From the NCBI GenBank assembly GCA_963727805.1, contig CAVSHF010000003.1, positions 1,568,001-1,632,000 on the forward strand: DNA of 64,000 bases, in the 5' to 3' direction. Positions 44,001-50,939 of this stretch are shown one piece after another. A program made the translations under genes and the position numbers. Source of the stretch: an uncultured Nitrospiraceae bacterium (lineage in GTDB: Bacteria; Nitrospirota; Thermodesulfovibrionia; Thermodesulfovibrionales; Dissulfurispiraceae). Numbering within the stretch: position 1 is the first letter of the stretch; each line of letters begins with the position of its first letter. The notes under the pieces are model-generated. The model was not told the DNA's origin. It was given only the letters and a program-made list of their open reading frames with translations, and did not search any database.

Positions 44001-46196
44001 ATTATTCGTACTCGCAGTCCAGTCTGTCCAGTTATTCTGATGGAAACCGCGAGTTGTTCCACCGATAAGCTGGCCTTCCAGCACAACATTCTTTGCATTA
44101 AATTCAACACTGCCAGCATCCCCACCCTGCGTATATGAAGGCACATACGTTCCTAGCGCTGATGAGCCCCCGTAATATATTCCCGTCCAGGATTCAGCGA
44201 CATCAAATGATACTCCTTTGTGCGTTACGTTGTACGGTCCAAGCACAGCGGTATATTCGAGATTTGCAGGGGCTGATGCAATATCGTATAGCTTCCCGCC
44301 CGATAACAACATCGTTTTATTAACATACCCCCCCTGATAATTAATAGCTCCAGCGGCAAAATTGAGTTTTGCTCCGGGATAGACAATAATTGAACCATCG
44401 GCCACTGTTGCGTTTATATCACCTAACTGCTTTTTATAATAATAATGGTATGACAAATCTGTTGGGTCCTGGTACATCTGCTTTGTCCATGCCCCACCTA
44501 TGCTCCGCTGCAGGGCTGTCCTGTCGAGGGTCAAAATCACCTGTTCGAGATTGCCGATGGATGAACCGTTCACCAGAGTTGTAGTAATCGGCTGCCCAAG
44601 CAAGATACCACTCTTTTGCGTGTATGCATCCGCAAGTTCGACCGAGGTGAGCTTGTAACTCTCGATAGCCGCAACAGGGAGGCTCGCAACAACACCGCTC
44701 ACATCGATAACGCTGCCTGATTCCATTATGATTTGTTGCTTTGCATTAAGAGTCACCTGACCAGCCGGCGCCGTAATAGTTCCAGAAAGATCGATTTCCA
44801 AGGGGGTAGGTTCGACATCCGCAGAGGACTTCCTCGCCCCAATGTACACCGTTGGTTGAATATCAGAAGAATCGGTTACAGTGCCCCCTGATGCGTCGAC
44901 AGAAAGATCGATTGTGCTGTCACTTCCGGTAAGCACTTTCCCGGTCCCCTGGAGCTCGACTTGGCCTTTATGATTCTGGTATGCGGTTATCGCCCGGATG
45001 ACGCCCCACTGCTCAATGTTATTGCCGTACATGCCGACAAAGCCGCCAGGGGCGTATAAGCCGCTCATGCTACCGTCCGCCAGTTGCGTGCTGGACCAAT
45101 TCACCGCCTTTCCAAACAACGGATCATTATTGGGAGGTGGGGATGTGAAATTATCGTTGACTGAAACGTTAAAGATATTACTCGATGCAGAAGTGTGTTG
45201 CAACGAGTAAACATAATTATCGTTGAAAGCCAAAGTTACACTACTGCCTGCCGCCAAACCGATCTGGCCGAGGGGTGCATTTATGACACCTCCATTCTCG
45301 ACGTATGGGGCGATCAGGAACACATACCCACCGGATGCCTGTATATTCCCGTAATTCGATACCGCGGCATTATAGTAAGCACCGGGGGTAAGACTGCCAG
45401 TTATGCTGTCGGTGCCCTGAGGCTTAAGAACAGAGTAAGTGATACCCTGGTAAGAGTAAGGATTTTGCATGGCAATATCGGACCAATCTGATCCAGCTGC
45501 TCCGGTCCCGTCTTCAACATAGAATGGAAATGAAGTGCCTGATGCAAGTTTATTAAGTCCGTTCATATTGGAAAGAAAATCTATATTCCTGATATTCAGG
45601 GCCGAGGCCACAAGGCTGTAAACGTTTACCTGCGAGCCGGGTCCAAAGAGGATTCCGTTTTGGTTGATGAGGTATATCTGCCCGTCAGCGTTGAGCTTGC
45701 CCCAAATTTGACTGGGATTATTATCCCAAATTCGGTTTAAACAGGCCCAATTCGAATGCGGAGCACCCGAAATATTACCTGGTGCAGCGTTATCCCGCTG
45801 GTAAAAATTAACAGACGAGTTGCTGCCTATATTGAAAGACTGCCAATCAATGATGGCTGTAGGCTGATACTGATAAATGTTGAATTGGCTGCTTCCATTC
45901 GGATCCGGACTCTGATTAAAGGAAGGTGTCGCGCCTATTATAACTCCATCTGCTGTGCTCCCATTAAGTTTCGACTTCAATAATGGAATCTGATTCGGTG
46001 AGACAGCATTAAGATTTCTGGCACTCGCATTGTAAGAGGCATTGGACCCGTAAACACCGGGGATAGTCACCCTGCTAGAAGCAGGTCCGGCCTGGCACAA
46101 AAAAGGGAACAAAAGCACGCCTAAAAAAACCGAAGCCCCGACCACAGAGATACTAAGGCACAGAGAAAGAAAAATAAACTTAACAAATTTATTCAT
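35031..46196 (-). CDS. Filamentous-haemagglutinin-like TpsA exoprotein (~3720 aa) with DUF3739-like C-terminus
   Basis: TPS domain (IIDWQSFNIG, NPSQIWGKLNADGQIYLINQNGILFG), beta-helix repeats, C-terminal GGDITVWSDTGSINAGRGSKT...IIDAGEAGI. Start moved to MNKF (RBS AAGGAAGG) because the track start lies inside the leader terminator. Confidence 0.9.
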   Translation of the reverse strand: MNKFVKFIFLSLCLSISVVGASVFLGVLLFPFLCQAGPASSRVTIPGVYGSNASYNASARNLNAVSPNQIPLLKSKLNGSTADGVIIGATPSFNQSPDPNGSSQFNIYQYQPTAIIDWQSFNIGSNSSVNFYQRDNAAPGNISGAPHSNWACLNRIWDNNPSQIWGKLNADGQIYLINQNGILFGPGSQVNVYSLVASALNIRNIDFLSNMNGLNKLASGTSFPFYVEDGTGAAGSDWSDIAMQNPYSYQGITYSVLKPQGTDSITGSLTPGAYYNAAVSNYGNIQASGGYVFLIAPYVENGGVINAPLGQIGLAAGSSVTLAFNDNYVYSLQHTSASSNIFNVSVNDNFTSPPPNNDPLFGKAVNWSSTQLADGSMSGLYAPGGFVGMYGNNIEQWGVIRAITAYQNHKGQVELQGTGKVLTGSDSTIDLSVDASGGTVTDSSDIQPTVYIGARKSSADVEPTPLEIDLSGTITAPAGQVTLNAKQQIIMESGSVIDVSGVVASLPVAAIESYKLTSVELADAYTQKSGILLGQPITTTLVNGSSIGNLEQVILTLDRTALQRSIGGAWTKQMYQDPTDLSYHYYYKKQLGDINATVADGSIIVYPGAKLNFAAGAINYQGGYVNKTMLLSGGKLYDIASAPANLEYTAVLGPYNVTHKGVSFDVAESWTGIYYGGSSALGTYVPSYTQGGDAGSVEFNAKNVVLEGQLIGGTTRGFHQNNWTDWTASTNNPSTSPISDNDDLMCSWIRGLEVPHSGTLTIGSQSLTSVYAPTSISIVPDASETSIAAQLSSGTTIISAGTLNEAKLGTINLLALSTIMTAPNVSINLQPGGSFSAEARRIEHQGDITVPSGSISLIIGENGASNPPDQRIILGGRSVLDVSGQKIDNSPAGNGNKAIVSSGQISGGNIAIKDETDAGAGVFIESGAVVDVSGGYIISPKYKVTGGNAGNLAIQGYTLMLDGDLRGYALADTTGKYLGGSITLQSHNIEVTTTTPAERSDFGAYLPLPQDMQDPNAVTFFLAGNRFDDAGFTRITLNAGGFVIIDPNTTIAPSMVRLNNPLSTGQSGSAFGTGQSVGSAGRPDLIRLNGLDDSTAYMAGQSSFSATASKDPDGSYFDPATGSQYQNHLRAYGKLGNPAAKLTVSSGVVIRTTPTPASSSIPSTITLASPDNLDIDGTLESLSGNITMTVNGSLRIGSSASILAGGYNQPDRSSPLKGFPVNYIPVNGGTVSITTGTLTMSDGSFIDISGSSPVQNVIAQSSQNANASYYYKYTNAGQPGSIYLTYDSSGAANLTATINAHPKMAGLQGGKLSITNLTDMDVSGIDMQRYTTSGFDDISLVSRGTLTLNAMSATVGRKLTLDAHVIEGAGSVALQAPWIVLANTDLPTTLNMTTASPTADISLTSTGWIDVIGSVQFSGFRNVMLDAARDIRLNSVNYVGLPSGVSTIGQLFTGGSLTLSADRIYPGDVYERTAAGTITWCPGVYSIFTIEAANDIKIMPSKTPVGGPIYSAAGALTVTSDKGGIDIEGGTLAAPMGTITLNAGTDQMIYLGAGSLLTTSGIIPIQYGVVDSNGQWAWVDPYKPASDISREATQYQMDPTLINAILCSDGGNCSGNATPYQQISKGVTFNAGKTIIMSDAKVDVQGGGSLYAAQFQAGLNGTNDPLLKTNRYVVFKDNGFQQPGTEVYFPSGVGGLAAGYYSMIPLGSAQNARYAFLPGAYILEVQSGSTLPVNGAVSTNGYPLIVGQTSIADTSIVSTKPVVFSVRSAADVLAQEGNYLVPPSATSTNSLTSGANPLVSGDGGSITFGTNAKTVIINGALSAAPLAGFSGGKITLSSSNGSVYVEPSANFSSSLPADFHFNDSRIPDDPSVPGSKQYMIVSDKSLSENGFQEIDLGYIDASDPTNNNGKNTKYVTILAGSLLQAGVIKLAAQQQIEVQGGAQLIAKTNGTGEIDLITSSRGITQIDAGAKLQADQTFGINTGNLIINGQLSTISGAITIASSAIYVGGNNPALGGLYLDGNLWNTLMQLGFTDITLQSNSLNAVAGTAVPTGIYFQDNWGPQGTSLSATNGTTLRSITLDATVIDDFDWAAGPSGSASAANVTLSAAAVNIRNSGTASAKMLNTSNSGTFTADAVDTISIGGVAYNPVTTGVISSDLLFAHFKSIALNSNGDLVLTGKGSLTTGNADLNIAAARVVTASAQSYTQGSVQTWTGTEKISTNLIVPTNFVVYTGDNYFCDSGGHCGQNTASSVLNPVGNIAINASPSGAAAGTGPTSGGELKFYGMSLNIGTVIQSNGGTVDFNAMGNIHLGGKAAILAGGTSGHTSDTVGTDNAPGGQVTMQTDSGSIALDSGSVIDVAAGAQGDSGSIIVSAPIGGVTLAGSLNGAPNGGKGGSFTIDTSVIGDPEMANLITMLSVGKFTESVGIRTRTGNIDVANQTLTANNVKLTADGAAKDANGNLTGYINVSGTIDASSASGGNVELYAMNDLNIQSGGLVNASSTAEGSLGGTVTLSSSQGFVNINGGTINVGGGPTGVSVGTVNIRAQRTDTGNVNIKLNGGNIKGAKAVNIEAVESYNVANLNLVDSSGNFSISSNWTVFSTWLSNASTFYTNYTSAVPTTNPFYILPEIEVINTQGDIAVDRIIDLSNIKYGSATAPAPGVLTLRAAGNLNIQQNLIDAYTYTNINNDAPIVSNPLVRTWGFNLVAGADIKSANYMAVTTRAAGNLLNGDLTIANNTVVYTENAPIRFSSARDTVIDPINPGSGQTVGNTPGYMIDPNSIITNGQTTAFNMVYNLASFSGAIQGDVGRDLVVTGAIQTATGAININVGRDLQLQTGIAAIGSAPTLGAIRTTGELLDTSVLIGVDASDPKMDNLQNGILRNLPVIQETNSDVPRPIAAINCGNPNGCTLLASATSRGTNLSVSYLSSAAQYYWRYQSGGDINISVGGNAGTYDQVHSQWATAIGSSSNYQWDDFTIFTVPVKQQSLARGGTNIQNSILLAGYDTKFTADYVNGTAGIVTMAGGNVRIFTGGDFLAQTGTFGVGNLVVYSGGDITGRFVNANGQGQLSAKGNFGRLNQFLPAETPQIELLGSKFSVTAAGDALVGAVVNPTLASNKLDVPKVLGTTISRSAVIGCTYSEDSSISLMAGNDVTYTAHSPIYDVAYRGQTLGGSNYLATQVESVLPASVKIDAMGGNIYLLTDSLLLASSPLGNLNLSAGGTITGSTLYQTKIVMSDLPPSYWYGTFITASYQVETHINPTYASVLFNAEGNDTYIGQFTGDETAHGYYKARDQIANIGYILHQNDDQPILISAGGNIQYLDLYLPKQAEITAGGDINNFVYTGQNISNQDVSWIRANGNIAIPHALANQNSANSLAASGILQSGPGGFMVEAGGSIDLGSLQNGIQMNGNGTNNALPADNGYLILAAGYSLNKNITDVSSFFSTLRSAIDNYSQTKDVSYIDTARAAIIGPFFQGALSGSGNIDMTSSQIMTSITASDIYILAAGTLNLGKTAIPSATATISPTNGIATGSGGAINIFAVKDVNVQESRLMTFDGGDITVWSDTGSINAGRGSKTTVSASPPSNGKFSAPSIGSGIRAVTYGYALPGDIHLYAKGIIDAGEAGIAGGNIFIGAEVGVVNASNIVASGIVAGVPQTASASTSIGALSGTNSATQSSQAMSDASGAIGGRKAQTDQMIDDTLMKWLDVKVIDFILDSQDSGSQSQF

Positions 46197-46269
46197 TAAA
46201 AGGACCTTCCTTCTATAATCTTTCATCATTTTTTCCCGGTATATCTGCGATGAGTACCGATACCCGCAC

Positions 46270-46360
46270 AAAAAAGCCCGAATCAGGACAACAAACTGGC
46301 CTTGTCGATCCGGGCTTTCTGGTCCCATAACACACATATATGTTGGTCAGCAAAGTTCCC
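46270..46360 (-). promoter_or_regulatory. Attenuator-like RNA motif, copy A (antiterminator overlapping an intrinsic terminator)
   Basis: GGGAACTTTGCTGACC...GGGACCAGAAAGCCCGGATC...GATTCGGGCTTTTTT; homologous to 53489-53581 and 53432-53485. Confidence 0.7.
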
Positions 46361-46376
46361 TCTGATAACTTATTTA

Positions 46377-46422
46377 ATTATACCATTTACTCTGTTAAAT
46401 TATTGTTATAAAAATGTTACAA
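46377..46422 (-). promoter_or_regulatory. Pho-box-like promoter of tpsA
   Basis: TTGTAAC-n4-TTATAAC-n4-ATTTAAC-n11-TATAAT (extended TGn -10). Confidence 0.65.
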
Positions 46423-46695
46423 TTTTTAGCCCAACAAGTCATCATTCATGTTGTAAACGTTTTAGGTTAATCTATCTCACAAAGACTAGCATGATGCGAT
46501 AAATATTTTTTTGTTCAGTGATGCACATTCAGATCATTATTAACAGGGAGTTGATTCGCTGAAGTTCGCAAATATTTATGTCAACCCCAATAAAAATGGG
46601 AAGAAAAGTGTATCCGACGGAAACTTTCGTAAAGGCTTTTGTAACGATATACCACAAGATCTTATTGCGATGCTAGATCTGAGATTATATATCGG

Positions 46696-48360
46696 TTAAA
46701 GAAGACCCTTCACTTTAAAATATACCCTCTCGTCACCACTCCTTATCCTTCCTGAGGACTTCAGTGCCACAGCCCAGTCCAATTCATATTCCACGTGCTT
46801 CGTCACTGAGCCCCGCATTCCCGCACCAGTGCCCTGGAGTTCGACAGTCCTCGTCTGACTGGGAAGAGGTTGTAGTGTTGTTAGTCTAATGATGTCATAG
46901 AAGATATACGGGGTCATTTGAACTGTTTTTGCGATTTTTGAACCCTCAAACGGGGCCGGAAAGGATACTTCGACCGTACCATGTAGAGCATTATCCCCCA
47001 TAGCCTCGTTTTCCATGTATCCTCGGACACTTTCCATACCCCCTGAGCTATATTGTTCATTGTCGATAAGCGGTCCATCGGCAATCTGTCCGTCCAGTTT
47101 CATGAATAGACCCATGCCCAAGGGCAATTTCTGCATTCGCTGGATACCAGCAGTGACATAAAGGTAATTTGCCCTCGCTAGGTAGCGCTTGGTTTCGAAC
47201 TCCGACTCGCGTGAATTCACCTGCCTGAGGTTCAGGTTCAGCCCAGCGCTAAATTGCGACACGCCGCCCAATTCGTCAGGTAATGAGCTATTGTACGAAG
47301 CAGAAAGGGGTGAATACGTCACCGGCGTCTCAGTTATCTGGCCGGTTACCGGATTTGCAAATCCAAAGGACTGCTTGAAATGCTTGTAATCGAGACCCAA
47401 TGATATATTGTGTGTATATAGCTTGTACTGGGGAAGCGGGACCACATAACGAACCCCGAAAATCTGTCCTTTTCCGACTACCGCAAACCCTTCCCCGAAT
47501 GCAGTGTTGCTATCGGACCAGATGCCGTAAAAAACCAACTGATTGTCAACATTCCACGGTGCCGGAAGAACGTAAGAAAAACTCCATGCCTTCGTTTGAT
47601 TCAGATTCAGTGGCGCGGTCTGGTACTGAATCGAAATTGAATGCTCCTTCTGCCATAAATTATCGTAGCGGATCATAGCGTTCAACCGCAATTCAGTCGT
47701 ATCATGACTGGCTCGGTTATTGATTTCAAGATAACCGTGCAGTGGCAGGTGATCCTCAACCTTCAACTCCGCATCAATGGTCCCGAATTCCTGTCCGGGA
47801 GATATGGCGGGGTCAACCTTGAAATCCTGGTTCCTGTTAAGCCTACCTACCTCTTCATTGACCCTCGGCAGATAGAGTATCTCTCCAGGAGTGAAAGCCG
47901 GCAGGTCATGCATGATCTTTTCCTTTGTGAAATAGCGGTTGCCCGTGACTTTTACATTGCCTATCCGCGTCTCGATTACTTCTAGTTTAACAATGCCCTC
48001 CTTGAGAGTCTGAGCCGGTATATTCACCATAACAGCAGGATACCCTGCCTCGTGATAAAGTTTCTCGATGGCATCACGCGCTTTCTCCACGTCAGATGCC
48101 GTCTTTCCCATACCGATGAAAGGAGCTGCAGCACCCAACACCTTGCCCTTAGGTAAAATAGTGTTTCCGGTGATATCAAAGTCCTTGATCTCGAAATCCG
48201 TTTCCAAGTTAGCCGCCGCGCATACGCTCGCCATGGTGGCAAGAAGTGTCACGATGTAAATCCAACCACACAGGCAAGTAGACACTGAGACACTGAGAAA
48301 GAAGAAAAACTTAGTAGGCTTATTCATTGGAGAAGCCTTATCTTTAATCTTAAATCTCAT
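46696..48360 (-). CDS. ShlB/FhaC/HecB-family TpsB transporter
   Basis: POTRA (YHEAGYPAVMVNIPAQ), GGMESVRGY motif, beta-barrel C-terminus. Confidence 0.92.
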   Translation of the reverse strand: MRFKIKDKASPMNKPTKFFFFLSVSVSTCLCGWIYIVTLLATMASVCAAANLETDFEIKDFDITGNTILPKGKVLGAAAPFIGMGKTASDVEKARDAIEKLYHEAGYPAVMVNIPAQTLKEGIVKLEVIETRIGNVKVTGNRYFTKEKIMHDLPAFTPGEILYLPRVNEEVGRLNRNQDFKVDPAISPGQEFGTIDAELKVEDHLPLHGYLEINNRASHDTTELRLNAMIRYDNLWQKEHSISIQYQTAPLNLNQTKAWSFSYVLPAPWNVDNQLVFYGIWSDSNTAFGEGFAVVGKGQIFGVRYVVPLPQYKLYTHNISLGLDYKHFKQSFGFANPVTGQITETPVTYSPLSASYNSSLPDELGGVSQFSAGLNLNLRQVNSRESEFETKRYLARANYLYVTAGIQRMQKLPLGMGLFMKLDGQIADGPLIDNEQYSSGGMESVRGYMENEAMGDNALHGTVEVSFPAPFEGSKIAKTVQMTPYIFYDIIRLTTLQPLPSQTRTVELQGTGAGMRGSVTKHVEYELDWAVALKSSGRIRSGDERVYFKVKGLL

Positions 48361-48395
48361 TATATTTTCTATCTTTCCTCCGCATTGTTATTGCC

Positions 48396-48472
48396 GTCAT
48401 TCCCGAAGATGGTGACAGGAAATCCATTCTTATCAAGGTTAGGTGGCTACATACCTTCGCGGGTATGATGAC
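48396..48472. repeat. Degenerate REP-like palindromic element
   Basis: GTCATTCCCG...GGAAATCC...CGCGGGTATGATGAC resembles GTCATTCCCG/CGGGAATGAC-type intergenic palindromes; single copy in the window. Confidence 0.3.
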
Positions 48473-48495
48473 ATGTTCTAACTAGTGTCTGTAGC

Positions 48496-49485
48496 CTACT
48501 TTGCTTTGTCTTTCTCTGTGTCTGCGTTTATTTGTGATGAGTCGCCCTTTTGGTCCTCGGCCTGCTTCGCCTCTGTCTCCCGCTTACTGTCTTCAATCTT
48601 ATCGACCGTAACATCGCATGTCAGGGGTTCACGGCCGAAGGGGTTACGGTAATCCACAGTGATCAATGCATCATTCACAGACGTAATGCGGCCCACTAGT
48701 TGGCCCGTGCGTATAAGTGTACCCACTTTAGCATCAATTTTGATTTGAATTTCGTTTTCTGTCTCCAGGACTGAACCGGGGCCAAACGGTGTCTGCTCGA
48801 TAGTGCCTGGTACTGCTGAAAACCGCACAACCACTTCCTTATCAGTAACCGCCTCCACCCTTCCCGGGAATTTAGGGTCGATTATCACAGGTTGTCCAAC
48901 TTCAGCGGATTTACCTATCCGTTTCTCGTATTCTTCCAGAGGTATTTTCAATTCCCTTGGCCTCTTACGAACCCTGCTCAACTGGGCGACATAATTCTCT
49001 TCCGCCCTCCACGCTAAATCATCTGCTGTCAATTCCACGTGGCGGGTCTCGCCCACGTTCATGCCGACCACAACTGCCGCCAGGCGGCTGATTATCTCGT
49101 CCTCAAGAAGCAAGTCCTGTCCCCTTTGCTCTGGCGTGTGGAGATTGCTTGCCATGACCGATACAGGACCGCTTTCCCTCGTCGGCACAAACAGAGCTGA
49201 CTTGGGTTGATTCTCCGCGAGAGTGTCAGTGGAAGCTACAGCTTCCCCGTTCTTCAGCTTGCAAAGGTAACGGATGTCCGCAACGTCACCGGCCTGGATG
49301 ATCTTCACAGTGTCGGACTTTACAGTCTCGGGTTTGAAACTGTCTGTCTTTACGCTTGCCGTGGTGCCACAACCAGCCAGGAAAAGCATCAAACACAGAG
49401 ACATAATTGTGACTAGAGTTGAAAGTCGCGTGTTACGCGTGAAGACAATGCCCCAAAAACAACGTGCATCAAAAAAAGTAATCAT
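48496..49485 (-). CDS. FKBP/SlyD-like peptidyl-prolyl isomerase lipoprotein
   Basis: FLAGC lipobox; GDVADIRY, VGMNVGETRHVEL, ITVDYRNPFGREPLTCDVTV. Confidence 0.75.
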   Translation of the reverse strand: MITFFDARCFWGIVFTRNTRLSTLVTIMSLCLMLFLAGCGTTASVKTDSFKPETVKSDTVKIIQAGDVADIRYLCKLKNGEAVASTDTLAENQPKSALFVPTRESGPVSVMASNLHTPEQRGQDLLLEDEIISRLAAVVVGMNVGETRHVELTADDLAWRAEENYVAQLSRVRKRPRELKIPLEEYEKRIGKSAEVGQPVIIDPKFPGRVEAVTDKEVVVRFSAVPGTIEQTPFGPGSVLETENEIQIKIDAKVGTLIRTGQLVGRITSVNDALITVDYRNPFGREPLTCDVTVDKIEDSKRETEAKQAEDQKGDSSQINADTEKDKAK

Positions 49486-49927
49486 TAGATCCCTCCTTCA
49501 TTTAAATACCAAAGTCCGTACCAAAAAGGCACAATCTAACCTCAGAGACGCTTAATATGAAGAAAAATGAAAAGACCCAGTTGGCGTAACTTTTGTTTTG
49601 GTGACCTTGTTTTGCTAAGAAGTCCTCGGCAGCTTTCCGGTTTCCTCGCTCGCCACCTGCTGAAACAAAGTATCCATCTGTCAAGAATTCTCCCTACCTC
49701 TGCGCCTTCTTCACTTCTGCTTGCCTCCAAAATATTTCTCTTGACAGGATGCACTTGAAATTTCTCACAACCTGCCGAGGTGCCAATTTCGACCGAGTTG
49801 AGCATAAGACGTGCATATTCCTTGTCACACTTAAAATCTTCTATCTCAATCTCGTATCTCTTTCCCCTTCACGGCCACATAGGTCCACACCCAAATAGCT
49901 CACTTTACAGTCGTAGCAGTTATTACC

Positions 49928-50185
49928 CTAATGGGAACCAGGATCAAAATGGCCTTTCACACCTGTGCGATTGTCGATATCGATCGCCTTGTTATCGCGT
50001 AAGTTTCTGTCCCCTTTCTTATTTCTGACGTTTTTTTCTCCTGAACAACTTATTATTGCATTCAATTCCTCTGACTGTTCGACCCTTCCAAGGCTTCCCT
50101 GGCTGAAATTGATCTTGATGTAGCCGCTGAATTCTCCCTGCATAAGCTTTCGTATCGTCTCGATAAGCTCCTTCATCCTACTCAT
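49928..50185 (-). CDS. Small protein (85 aa); N-terminal ~40 aa YezD/DUF2292-like; paralogue of 53598..53732
   Basis: GGGGAGG RBS; MSRMKELIETIRKLMQGEFSGYIKINFSQGSLGRVEQSEEL. Confidence 0.7.
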   Translation of the reverse strand: MSRMKELIETIRKLMQGEFSGYIKINFSQGSLGRVEQSEELNAIISCSGEKNVRNKKGDRNLRDNKAIDIDNRTGVKGHFDPGSH

Positions 50186-50406
50186 ATACTTCCTCCCCAA
50201 TGTAGCATAGCGCAAGAAACATGACGCCACGCCAGTAGCTAAGTTCGAGAGCCTAAAAGCCATCTGAAATCACAAAGGGCAATGTGCAAATCTCTGAGGA
50301 AGCAAAGAGTTCTTCCATATCCCTATACCCTGTTATTACCCTATGATCCTGGCCCTGCCACAATGAAGTAGATCAAAGGAATGCAGTCCAAACAATCAAG
50401 TTTTCT

Positions 50407-50441
50407 ATCTTAACAATTTGTTTGTTACATCAATATTACGA
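50407..50441 (-). promoter_or_regulatory. Pho-box-like promoter
   Basis: TCGTAAT-ATTG-ATGTAAC-n11-TAAGAT; nearly identical to the site at 34801-34818. Confidence 0.55.
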
Positions 50442-50854
50442 CAACATCAAGTATTCAACATCTTTCATTCAATACCTAGCAAAACACAAGAAAACATTTA
50501 GAAACACAGATAAAGGAACCCACTCACCCGGATTAAAGAAGCTGTCCGATAATTGAAGGACCGGCGTTTAGCTGCTCATGGTGGCTTAATTACCCAATGC
50601 ACCAAATACTGCTTCGCGGGGTAATTAATGCCGGTTTTGTATCCGCTGCGATACAAGCAATTACCCGCATTCATGTAGTCCATATTGTTCCGATTGAAGC
50701 CGCCATATCGGGTTGGAACCACTGTGAGGCTTACGGTCAGATCATCAAAAATTCATCAGTGCCGCCAGAGCAGATCTTTCCGAGAAGGGAATACAGACCG
50801 CTGACATAAGGCAAATGATAATTATGAAATGTTGCTTCAGTGTTACTACTGTAG

Positions 50855-50884
50855 AAAAAGGCAGGGCCTCATCAGAGGCCCTGC
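50855..50884 (-). terminator. Intrinsic terminator after the PstS-like gene
   Basis: GCAGGGCCTC-TGAT-GAGGCCCTGC followed by CTTTTT. Confidence 0.85.
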
Positions 50885-50939
50885 ATGGAATCAACTCATG
50901 TGACAGACTACAAAATCAAAATCAGTGTTTCTTCCCCTT

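Noticed and set aside
46197..46337. ORF-track N-terminal extension of tpsA (MCVMGPES...)
   Set aside because: It runs through the attenuator/terminator; the RBS and signal-peptide-like segment fit a start at 46196
49620..49680. Possible fourth attenuator copy (GGATACTTTG...ACCGGAAAGC)
   Set aside because: Lacks GCTGACC, the CCC pairing partner and the terminator; probably chance or decayed coding sequence
50520..50810. 70-aa plus-strand ORF in the intergenic region
   Set aside because: No RBS, motif or recognisable family
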